DNA of 64,000 nt, from contig OZ316898.1 in the NCBI GenBank assembly GCA_973895155.1, forward strand, positions 2,145,927 to 2,209,926. The letters are read 5' to 3'. Numbering within the stretch: the first letter of the stretch is position 1; each line of letters opens with the position of its first letter. Below, piece after piece: positions 53,011-64,000 of the stretch. The DNA is from Marsupella aquatica. Its lineage: Eukaryota; Plantae; Marchantiophyta. The notes below the pieces were generated by a model. That model saw only the letters and a list, made by a program, of their open reading frames with translations, searched no databases and had not been told where the DNA came from. The position numbers and the translations under genes are program-made.

Positions 53011-53213
53011 GAGCGAGCGATGATGCGGTACCGTCTCGCTGATGAGAGTGTTGGATTGCTCTGTGGAGCTGTGCAATGATGATCAGTTTGCGTTTGTCGG
53101 ACAGACCCAAAAGAGGTGAGCGAGGATGCGGTACCGTTCTCGCTTGGAGTGCTGGATTGCTCTGTGGAGCTGTGCAATGATGATCAGTTTGCGTTTGTCC
53201 GTCTGACCCAAAG
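53011..53213. repeat. ~103-bp direct duplication in the GC-rich CFAP52-KCS intergenic region
   Basis: gatgcggtaccgt..cgct..gagtg.tggattgctctgtggagctgtgcaatgatgatcagtttgcgtttgtc.g.c.gacccaaa occurs twice. Confidence 0.85.
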
Positions 53214-54812
53214 CGACGGTAGCCGAGGGAGATTCGGAGGGGTGTGTTCCACATTTGGCTGAGTTGATGAGAGGCGGGGCTGTCGGTGTTGTTGTTGATG
53301 GAGTAGTTGTTGTTCATCTCCGTCTCTCTCGCTCTCTGTGTCCGTCTATTTGTCTTGTACGCTTGCCTTGGTTAGTATGAGTAATTTGTTCGGAGAGGGT
53401 GTTTGCAGTTGCTCCGCATCAGTCCATTCCGCAGTGCCTTGCTGATTGGAAGTGGATTGGTGGCTGATTGAGTGAGTCCGCTGTCGTACAACTGGATGGC
53501 AGGCAGGACGCAGGCTGAGGAATTTAGGAGGGGGTTCCTCCGCTCTCCCTCTCACTTTCGTTTCTCTCGTCCTCTCCTATCTCTCTCGTCTCCTCCTCGC
53601 TCCTTGCCTCACTAAGCTCACGCCGTCCCTCCTCTTCCTCTGGTCCTTGACTCCGTGAGCCTCGTTAAAAAGGTCCGGTGGAAGGGGAGGTGAGGTGAGC
53701 CTATCCTGGTCAGTGCCTCCCTGGGTGTCGGGTGAGGAGCTTACTGGTGATGGTCTGAGAGAAAGAGGGCGACGAGCGGGGCCTTTTCAATCCTGGTGAT
53801 ACCCGCCAAGGAAGCCTTGTTTGGTGCCAGTCTGCCAGCCATCTACAGAGGGGAGAAGCGTATGTGTGGGGCACAAGGGAGGTGAGCGAGCGGAGGAGTG
53901 AAACGTGGCAAATCTACTGTAGAGGATCCATCTGTTGGAGGAGCGAGGAGTGCATGCAGGTCACAGTCAGCTGCGGCTGCTGCTCGCTTCCTGGGTTTCC
54001 AGAGTCCGACGCTCTCTGCTTCTTCAGCCGCTGCTGGCTGGCTGGCTGGCTGGCCTGCTGCGGCATCAGTGGACAATCGGCGTTTGATTCCAGTTGGGCA
54101 GCCGTTCCAGAGAGGTTGAACCTCGACCTTGGGTAGTGGCAGCTTCTTCCCCCCATTGGTGGATGTGGGCGCTGCTGCCGCTGCCGTCGTGGTGGAGTTT
54201 TGGAGAGGTGGGAACAGATGAGTGCGTGATCGATCCGACCGATTCTTATCTGAGGGTCTGACTCCACTGGGTTTTCCCACCACGCCAATGCGCGCCTCTG
54301 GGACGTTGTGAGGCGATTCTGGTTGCATTTTGGAGGGAGGGAGGGCGGGCGAGGCCAGCATTCCTCCGTCGGGTGTGGGTGGTCGGTCGCGAGCGGAGAG
54401 CAGCGCCGGCGTGCGCAACCGAGCAATCGATCACCCTTGAAGAAGGTTCTGGCTCGAGAAACTAGCCTCTCGAGCCTGCCGAGATTGGTGTTGTGGCCCC
54501 GCTTTCGAGTTGTCGGATTCCATTTCACTGCTTTTTGCAGTGATCTTCAGACCCTTCTGGTTGTTCCTTGCCTCCATGGGCTGCAGATGTGTTACTGCCT
54601 GAAAGATTTGATTCGTTGATTTAATAGATGACTGAAGAGCAATTTTCAGCTCTCATTGGTTTCACTCCGTACGGGTGTGTATATTATTTGATACACCGAC
54701 TGCTATCCTGGAAGGCCTTGTAGAAAATCTGATCGACATTTTTTGACGCACAGCTGTGCCTTCCTCTGTATATTTGAAGTGAGTGAGTGAGTCGGATCAA
54801 AAGTTTGTAGAG

Positions 54813-56393
54813 ATGGCTGCGCCAGGGGGCCCGTTGCAACCTTCACCTCTTGACCAGAGCTCCAGGATGAATGGTGAGCGAGTGGCTTTGGAGGTGAATC
54901 AGCCTAGGCGCCGGCTTCCAGACTTCTTACAGTCCGTGAATCTGAAGTATGTGAAATTAGGCTATCACTATCTGATCACCCATCTGGTCATCCTTCTCCT
55001 CATTCCTCTGGTGATGGCTGTAGCCCTGGAAGTCGGACGCCTTGGGCCCGAGGAAATATACAGACTCTGGGTGAACCTGCAGTTCAACCTCGTGAGTGTG
55101 TTGATTTGCTCCGCCCTCTTGGTTTTTGGAGTTACCGTGTACGTCATGTCGAGGCCGAGGCCAGTTTACCTTCTCGACTATGCTTGCTATAAGCCTCGTG
55201 AGGAACTGCACGTTAAATTCCATTTATTCATGGAGCATTCGAGAAAGTCGGGACACTTCGATGAGAAGAGTTTGGAATTCCAGAGGAAGATTTTAGAGCG
55301 GTCTGGATTGGGGGAGAAGACGGCGTTGCCGCCCGAATTGCACAAACTCCCAGCCAACCCCAACATGGCAGAGGGCCGTGCGGAGGCTGAGTTGGTAATG
55401 TTCGGTGCTCTGGATGAGCTCTTTGAGAAGACCAAAGTGAAGCCGAAGGATGTTGGATTGCTGGTGGTGAATTGCAGTTTGTTCAACCCGACACCGTCGT
55501 TGTCGGCGATCATTGTGAACAAGTACAAAATGCGAGGCAATATAAGGACGTACAATCTCGGTGGAATGGGCTGCAGTGCCGGAGTGATTTCCATAGATCT
55601 TGCCAAGGACCTGCTCCAGGTGCATGGCGGCAGCTACGCCATCGTTGTGAGCATGGAGAATATTACGCAGAACTGGTACTTTGGAAATCGCAGATCCATG
55701 CTTATTCCCAACTGTCTCTTCCGAGTGGGTGGAGCTGCGATCCTCTTGACCAACAAGAGGAGCGAGAGGAAGAGGTCTAAATACCAACTGGTGCACACAG
55801 TGAGGACTCATAAGGGAGCTGATGATAAGTGCTTCCGTTGTGTCTACCAAGAGGAGGATGAGAAGTCCAACATGGGGGTCTCTCTCTCGAAGGATCTTAT
55901 GGCCATTGCTGGTGATGCTTTGAAGACTAACATCACAACCCTTGGGCCCCTGGTGCTACCTCTGTCGGAGCAGCTTCTCTTTTTTGCCACTTTGGTTGCA
56001 AGGAAGGTCTTCAACTTGAAGCTGAAGCCTTACATTCCCGACTTCAAGCTGGCTTTCGAGCACTTTTGCATTCACGCCGGTGGGAGAGCTGTTATCGACG
56101 AGCTGGAGAAGAATCTTCAATTGACTACGGAGCACGTAGAGCCGTCCAGAATGGCGTTGCACAGGTTTGGAAACACCTCGTCATCTTCGATTTGGTATGA
56201 GCTGAACTACATCGAACAGAAGGGGAAGATGAGAGGAGGAGACCGCGTGTGGCAGATCGCTTTTGGAAGTGGATTCAAGTGTAACAGTGCAGTGTGGCAG
56301 GCGATCCGTACCATCAAGCCTCCAACGAGAGGACCGTGGGTTGATTGCATCGATTCGTACCCTGTGAAGATTCCGGAGGTGTACAAATTTTGA
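54813..56393 (+). CDS. KCS: 3-ketoacyl-CoA synthase (FAE1-type very-long-chain fatty acid elongase condensing enzyme), intronless CDS
   Basis: [19 protein letters not shown], two N-terminal TM helices, [14 protein letters not shown], catalytic [29 protein letters not shown] and GSGFKCNS. First ATG at 54813; the ORF track starts at an upstream GTG. Confidence 0.96.
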   Translation: MAAPGGPLQPSPLDQSSRMNGERVALEVNQPRRRLPDFLQSVNLKYVKLGYHYLITHLVILLLIPLVMAVALEVGRLGPEEIYRLWVNLQFNLVSVLICSALLVFGVTVYVMSRPRPVYLLDYACYKPREELHVKFHLFMEHSRKSGHFDEKSLEFQRKILERSGLGEKTALPPELHKLPANPNMAEGRAEAELVMFGALDELFEKTKVKPKDVGLLVVNCSLFNPTPSLSAIIVNKYKMRGNIRTYNLGGMGCSAGVISIDLAKDLLQVHGGSYAIVVSMENITQNWYFGNRRSMLIPNCLFRVGGAAILLTNKRSERKRSKYQLVHTVRTHKGADDKCFRCVYQEEDEKSNMGVSLSKDLMAIAGDALKTNITTLGPLVLPLSEQLLFFATLVARKVFNLKLKPYIPDFKLAFEHFCIHAGGRAVIDELEKNLQLTTEHVEPSRMALHRFGNTSSSSIWYELNYIEQKGKMRGGDRVWQIAFGSGFKCNSAVWQAIRTIKPPTRGPWVDCIDSYPVKIPEVYKF

Positions 56394-59300
56394 ATGGCGT
56401 TCGGGTTGACATAATTGTAGAGTCTTCATCATTCGTTATGCAACAAGCTTTCTTTCAAAAGAGCTCTCAATCGTTCTCCGTTGTGCCCGGCTCTTTCCCC
56501 TTTTTATGGGGCGCAACAGCTTTTCTTGTCATTGTATACAATGCACTCTATTAGGCGTTACTGAAATCAGTAACGGGGTTCCTGAATAAGGACCGCATGA
56601 GAGGCACGTTGGTTGGCAGTGAGGGCTGCGGTGGCAGCTTATTCTGCTTCTCAACACTCGGTCCAAGCGGCGAGCTTGTGCCTCCATTAGGTAGTCGAGT
56701 TGTTGGTGTCATCATTGATATGTAGAGTAGTTTGGCGGGAGGAGAACTTGAATTGGAGGGGTCCCCTGCCGAGCTGTGCTTGGCTGAGCTTGGCCTCAAG
56801 GTTAGGGTGCCTCCGTTTTGTTCTACTTTATTTTGAATTCTGTGAGCAGAAGCAAGGTTCCATGAGTTGTATATACGTAGAGTGGGTTCGTTTCTGTTCC
56901 CAGCCTTTTTGGGGATCTCTTACGTGACTTTGGCATAGATAAATTTAATCCTTGGCCTCACAACCTAGATCTCTATTCCGGAACTCTCGTGTACGGTGTT
57001 CACCTTGCTGATGGTCTTTGTGTCTTGGCACTCTCTTTGGATAAATGGAGGGTACAATGTGATTAAATGGATGGTGTCTGTTGTGCGCATTCAGTATGGT
57101 TCTCTTTTATTCATGAACTCTGCAATCATCCCCATAAGAAAGGGCATAGCTGGTATAAACGAGATGCCCTTCAATTTTTGAAATTGATCTATTCATGGGT
57201 TTATGCGGGTCAAATTTTGATTTGTTATGCGCTTACTTTCCCGTAAGTGAGCTTGTTACTTGTGGTATTGCAGCTCTTCAGAGTGTGAAGAAAAGCCGTA
57301 GTTTTCTTCGACACGACCAACGGTGCCGTGCAGGGTTGGAAATTTCTGCAATGGCATTCTCTGCATCTTCAGATTCTCCCTTCCCCACTGGCAGAGGTGG
57401 TATTGAGCGCGGACGCCAGATGGTGTGATTCTTTGTCCCACAACAAGTGCTGTAAACTTTCAATCCTCCTGATTAAGTGCAAGTTGAAAGACCAGTCAAC
57501 AAGGGCGATGCCTTTAGAGACAACGAGACGTGGACTCAAGATCTGGTTGTGGTCAATTAATTAAGAAGGCAAGCCACGTTTGATTGACAACGCTGTGTTT
57601 GAAAACTAGAGTGCCTCGCAAAAGCTCACTGGTATTCTTGGCTTGGAAATTGACTGTAACGCGGCGGGTTCTCGTCACAACTCTCCCTGAGGAAAGTGGT
57701 TTCTACGTTGCTGAAAATTCTGCTTTTCACAATTCAAGCTACTGTATGAAACAAGCGAGCTGAGCTGATTAGTTTACACCTCCAGACTCCTTGATGAGAC
57801 GGACATGAAGTTGGTAAAGTGAATTAATCGGAGAGAGGGTAACGCCGTGAGGTGGGCGAGTCATGGATAGAGTTCAGCAAGGTCTCAAGATAGTATCTTC
57901 GTCCAAGATGGGAGTCGCCTGCGGGGATGCTATGAATAGACCACAATTACAACAACCGCATTCCTTGAACGAGAAGCCGAGCCTACCTACCCCCAGTTAC
58001 ATTAAATGAATTCCTTGAGTGGGGGCCGCCAGAAGCACCAGAGCATCAGCTGGCTGCAAGCTTGGGAGTAATCGTCATGCCACAAACTCGAAGAGCTGAA
58101 GTACCCCGTCTTGTGTTTTACCTAAGGTAAGAGCGATCTTTGAAATTGTTGAGTTGACTATACGCAAGAAGAGCGAGTTAATTCTTGTATTCATCGTCTG
58201 CACTGCTTTGCAGAACTTTCAAGATTAGCTATTCAACATGTATGGTGAAGGTCTCCTTGGAGGTGGTTGTCCAATAGGAATGCCCGAGGGCTTTCATTTC
58301 CACGAGTCCGACATGGGAGAACTTTAAATTGCTTGAGTAATGACCGAAAATTTCTAACGTAGAGTCAAGCTAACAAAGATTGCCTCTTCCAATCTGTGAA
58401 GTGTATTCTACTCTTTGCCCTCTGCATTCTGCTTCTGCCCTATTCTCTTGCCACAGTTTCTCCTCATAAAGAGCATCCAATTTATAAACGAAATTGTTTC
58501 TCCAGATCAAGAGCTTTCAATCTACAAACGAAATTGTCGGGCAGGGCTTAAAGAAGGTAAGAATCTGGCTGTTGAGTCAGCTTCCCACATCCTACACCAT
58601 CTATTCTATCCGTTCCTCTGATTCGGACTCCTGGAGAAATTATGGCCTGGTGCTGCTCTTAAACTACCTGATTCCACAAATATGCGTGCTTTCGAGACAT
58701 AGCTCTGTTGAATTTGGAATGAACACATCCCTCTGCGTATCATTCAAGGAGGTTTAGACCAAGTCAATTTCCAGGCAGGATGACTACAACCTGTGGGCTT
58801 AGTTCTGCTTTTTGAGCCAAAGGCAGAGGACTCAGAATACACGGGGATGTCTTCTCCTTCAGCCAACCCTTCTCACTCAGATTCATATCGTACAAGAGAA
58901 ATGAGAACGAGAGATACCCAATCTCAAGCACCGAGTTGTAATGTCCGTGACATAGCTGGGTTTCTACAGAATCATTGTGCACTTGGTCGAGATTTCCATA
59001 CACAGACTACATCGAGGAGGAGAGTTGTCCGTGACAAAGCTGGGTTTCTCCAGAATATACTGGGAGGCTATGCCAATGAAACGTTTCTTACATATTGGAA
59101 CCCCTCCTGAAACTTTCATTGGAGATTGGATCTCAGCTGCGTTTCTCCAGAGTATAATGGGAGCTGGTGGACCCCCTGGCTGGAAAACTTGGCGCCATGG
59201 GCCCCATGACATTCCATACAGATTGGATCCCCAATGGATCCCCTATGTCATTTTTGTGTCAGATGTTCTTCTAACAGTTCTCACAAGATGTTTTGCTTGA

Positions 59301-62300
59301 TACTATGACCGATACGCTAGTGTGTAAAATGAGGTCAACCGGCTCAAACCACGACCTCCATGGTTTGGGGCAGTTGCAACCATGTACTGCAATGTGCATG
59401 AAGTGAATCCAATCTGGTTAGGTCAATTCCCCAAACTTGCTTGTGTTGGTTGTTTTCCAGAAGTAAACCCAAAGTTTTGGGAATTGTCTTGCAAAGCTCT
59501 ACTTTTGGAAGTAATTGTCTTTCAGACCTGTAGTTTTGGCCATTTGCTCTGCTTGAACAGTCACATGGTCATTTGAAACCCAAAATGTTTTAAATGTGGA
59601 AGGAAAATAACATGAATGTTGTCTTCAGAAGCCAAACCCAATGTTTTTAAGTGTAACAGGAAGACAACATCAATGTTGCCTTCTAGAAACCTAAACGTTT
59701 GGCCCTGCTTGAATAGTTTTCATCCATATATCCTTTTAATATCCTTTTAAGAAAAGGTAGCCATGCATTACACCATCATTCTCCTCATAAAATAAGTAAC
59801 CCATTATGGACAGAACAATTACACACACACACACTGGAGATAGTTGAAATGGAAATCCTTTTTTAGGGTCTCATACAGTTTTACGGTGACACATTACATG
59901 GTCCACTGAAGTTACCCCTGAAGCTATGTACTGAAGTTACTGTTGGCGTCTTCATTCACACTACTGGTGGCGGTTGAAGCTACTAAAGAAACATTCCTGA
60001 CTGAACTGGGAAGGATGTTTTAAAAGTTGGTTGATAGATTGCCAACCTCAACTTGTGGCATTTGCATTGCTTGCTACTGTTGCTCTGCCTCATTCTCTCT
60101 GCTGACTGTTGGATTTTTGTCCGCTTTTGCTCTCCGTTGACACTATGGTGTTGTTCTTCAAATGGAAAATTGCCATCTATAGGGTGCACATTAAAAACCC
60201 CTACTGTCATTTTGCACCCTAGCAATAGGGCAAACCTTCTATCCATTTAACATCACCTTCACCTTTTAGTAACTTTTGAGATTTGGATTGCATCTACAAG
60301 AGTATCTGCAGCCAGGCAATAATATAACATGGGGCAATTTTTCAACACTGACTTAAAAATTTGTCAAGTACCTGCAATGATTGTCAAGTACTTGCAATGA
60401 TTCTGGAGTAAAATAATGTGAATAAGAACTTAACGCAACACACTAAATCAAACGGACAGTCTCTCACAAGAGGTGTCTAGTGAGGAGTCCAAACTAGAAT
60501 GAAATAAAGAGCACAATGTGAGACACAAGCAAATGAGCCTCATGGAAGGAATAACAATATTACTGTCCACTACGCCTGTGCCACAAGCTTGGGACTAAAG
60601 AAACAAGGAGAAAGGTACTTTACAGTTCAGTATCAACCTGCATGTTGAACTAGACATGCCGAGGAAACCAAGAGAAGAGATAGAGTCTTTGATTGCAATT
60701 CCACGAACTAAACACAAATATTGTGAATGAGAATAAGATGTGAATAAAATATGCCTCTGATTCAAGATGCGCCTCTACACCCCCTGACTGTGATATGCAA
60801 AATGCAATGAATGCCCAGTCCCTACCTAAACCCACATCTACTTGACAAAAGATCAATAAATTGCAAGAGAAATGATCAAGAACCCAATGTTACTGAGCAA
60901 AGGTGGCCCCAAACCCTAAAGTGATATGTAGACGTAACTCATTATGTATTCATCCATAAACATTTTGGTAACCTAGTTGCAACCCCATGGTAGACTATGT
61001 TGTCAGCAAAAGGGACGGATAGTGGTGGGCTATGGCATACTACTCACAGTGGATATCATAGTTTTTTTTGCGTGGGATATCACACACAGGAATTGAATGT
61101 ATAGAATCTGGGTAGGATGTACATTCTAATAAAAATTTCATGGGAGCACATCACCCCAAGTTTTAGGCATCTCGATCATCATACATAAAAAACTGACACC
61201 TCAATACATATATTTGGAATGATGTTCAATGATTTAAATAAAACAATTTATTTTATCATCTGTTAGGAATAAACCTAGACTGAATGAGACAATATCAACA
61301 CAGGTGAATAACATCCATAGCCTCCGACACTGAAGGTACATGGTTCACTCCGTCTGGGCTATGTCCACGGCCATGAAAAAATCCAGTAATCATCAACACG
61401 ATTACACCTGCTCCATAGCCAACGTGCTAGAACTCCCCTCTCACCTCCTCACTCTCTCTCCTAGAGAATGAATTTTCAAGTGTGAGCACAAGTTTGTGTT
61501 CCTCTTGGATATACCCCTCCCATGGTCTATGGGAACCTGGAATTCAAACTAGTGCTATCTTAGTCTATTGAAGTTTACATAGTACTATGGAAGTATGTAG
61601 GTTATACTAGAGGCATATACTAACATCATGGCGTAAAACACATTAAGGATGAAAGCTAACCTCAAGGCTAATTAATGCTAATCGGCATTAATTGTCCTGT
61701 TAGCGCTGCCCAAATAAGTAGCTGGCATGAGAGGTAGGTGCCGTCAGCTGCCCTAGGCCGGATGGTAACACAGCTCATTGCAGCTGGGCAAGTCCAAGTT
61801 CGAATTCTGTCGGTTAAAAAATGTTTTAACATTGACCCCACTGAAAAGTGGGGTTCATTCATTTCTATTGTTACTTCCAAAAAAACTAGGACTAGGTTAC
61901 AGTTGTGCAGGGGAGACTGTTTATGAATCTTGACGTTGGGTTTTGTCATGGATTAAAATGACATAGTATATCCCATATTATCACATGTTAATGTGTAATT
62001 CCTCGGACCCAAATTTTAGGGGCCCCGATAACTGCACATCAAAATAGTACATATCTGGTTTAGAATATCATTCCATACTATGATAAACTTCTTTTTGTTC
62101 CTTAAATAAGAGAGTGCACACGGTTTATTAACACATTTTGATGTGTGATTATTGTGTGAAATTTTAGAGTAGGGGTAATGAGTGATCGTGACATGAAATA
62201 ACATAATACACCTGAATTGAATTTATCATGGTCTTAAATGAAATAACAGCACACCCTATATTATAACATTTTGATATGTAATTATGGTGATCCAAATTTT

Positions 62301-64000
62301 AGAGCAAGAGGTTCACGTATATACCTGTCAGAGTGGATATGGTGGAGACGTCCATACAGAGACCATGTTGAAGAGAACTTGCCAGATTGTAATACTATAA
62401 ACACCCTACCAACCAAGTGCTTCAGTTCCTTGCCAAAATAAAAGTTCTTGAGATATGACGTATTGTTCTGTTGGACTCTATTTGAAGGACATTGAGAAAA
62501 CCAATAATGTCCACCCACCCTCAGGGGTTGTTATTGAGTCATAGAGATGATCATTGGCACAGCCATCATAGCTCTAGCACGCATTCATTTTTCCTGGCAG
62601 CCAAGTGATTAGTAGCATTCGTACATGTATGCAATTTACTATGCCAGATTTTTTGGAAACTGAAAAGCAGGCAGCGGGTAAAATCATTCTTCACTAAGCA
62701 ATTTAAGGGGATGACACTTTTGGATGTGTATTTTTCAGGAACCTGCTTTGTTCATTCCTTTCCATGCCCTCGATAAAAGAAAAAGAAAGTCGCACCTAGT
62801 GTGTCTTTGAACATGCCACCTCGTAATCTCAACTGAGCTCCAATACCACTAGGTCACACACTATTTAGGTGCATCAATTCTCCCTGTTCATAATCATTTA
62901 AATTTTTATAGTTATTTTATATTATTCCTGAATAAGTTAAAACAGTCAAACATTAAAATCTACTCAAAAATCTGTGCTCTTCTCAAAATTGAACAGGGAC
63001 CCAAAAATGTGGCTTGCCAAGTGGGACTTGAATGGAGACTTATAAGTTTTGGGTTAAAATGTGGTAACTACCTGTTCACTTTCTCTCTGAGATTTCACAA
63101 ATCTCCCCTATCACACCATTCTAGGTAGTGTTAGAGTGTATTGTACTATCTAGATCTGTATGTTTAGTATGTATGCTATATGAGCCGATAAGGTTCTGTT
63201 AGGTTTGGGTGAGAAGGTAGTCCTCTCTTTTGAGGCATCGAAAGGTTATCTTTCGATATTGAGCCTTGGAGAGAAAATCTCGGGTGGTGGCTATGGTGGC
63301 TGAGAGCTCTCTCTATGTAGCGTGGATTCTTTGAGTGCAAGGTGCGTTGGCTCGACATATGTGTGTGATCAGATCGGACGGGATTGAGTGCATTTTGGCA
63401 TCCATCGTGATTCAATTCTATTGAGATTATTGTGAATTTTGGACATGTGTGGACATGAGTTCCACTTGTATTCCACTCTCTCATGTTTGTGATGTGGATG
63501 TGTGACTATGTTTGGATGTATGTGACAAGCGAAGTGTATGCGCATGACACCCCTTAAATGTTTTTTGAAGGTACAAAGCCATGCTGAAGTCATAGCATGA
63601 TTGAATGTGCTGAAAACCCTAGCCCAGATATTGATAACACCAATTTCCCATTTACACTAAATAGATTGAAGCTAATAAACTTGCAACCAGAGCCGGTAGG
63701 ATGGTGGAGTTAACTAGATTGTAACTCACTAAGAGTAATTTTGGAGCCATCCCTGGAAGGAAGCCCCCCAATATCCACAATCCCTTAAACCAAAAGTTTG
63801 GGTTCCATTTCAGGTAGCCCATAATACTCGTCAAGAACTATAATCCAATGTTCCACCTTTTTATGCAGTGGTAGTCTTCTGAATTTGAAGGGTCCAAAAA
63901 GTAAAGAACCTGACCAAAGAGAAGGAATAAACCAAAATATAATTATATTTAGTGTGAAAGAAAGAGTGACAGGTTTTTCCAAGCAAGAAATAAAGGGACT

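Noticed and set aside
54957-56432. Antisense and alternate-frame ORFs over KCS (likewise over the CRE and transposase genes)
   Set aside because: Shadow ORFs of GC-rich coding sequence with no independent motifs.
57700-64000. Possible LINE remnants and short ORFs downstream of KCS
   Set aside because: Only faint hints (e.g. ESASHIL near 58575); too degenerate to support a call.

Overview
Eukaryotic land-plant genomic DNA with spliceosomal GT-AG introns. An intact axonemal CFAP52 gene points to a lineage with flagellated sperm (bryophyte, lycophyte, fern or similar; inference). Host genes: the 3' end of an LRR protein (2-280), a six-exon gene fusing two GT34 glycosyltransferase domains (5701-10443), 14-exon CFAP52/WDR16 (minus, 42220-51386) and an intronless 3-ketoacyl-CoA synthase (54813-56393). 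The middle of the window is transposon-rich: a Tc1/mariner-type MITE, a 9.9-kb Mutator-like element (21765-31655; 319-bp TIRs, 8-bp TSD), a 1.1-kb non-autonomous MULE and a near-full-length CRE-clade (RLE) non-LTR retrotransposon. The most notable object is the 9.9-kb MULE. Besides its MULE/SWIM transposase it carries two convergent accessory genes that the ORF track does not show intact. One reconstructs to an RPA70 C-terminal (zinc-ribbon OB-fold) like protein. The other, after splicing of a micro-exon, begins MARTKSQAAK, matching the histone H3 tail with K4 and K9 in register. All three genes are disabled in this copy. All domain assignments are by eye and need HMM or structure confirmation.
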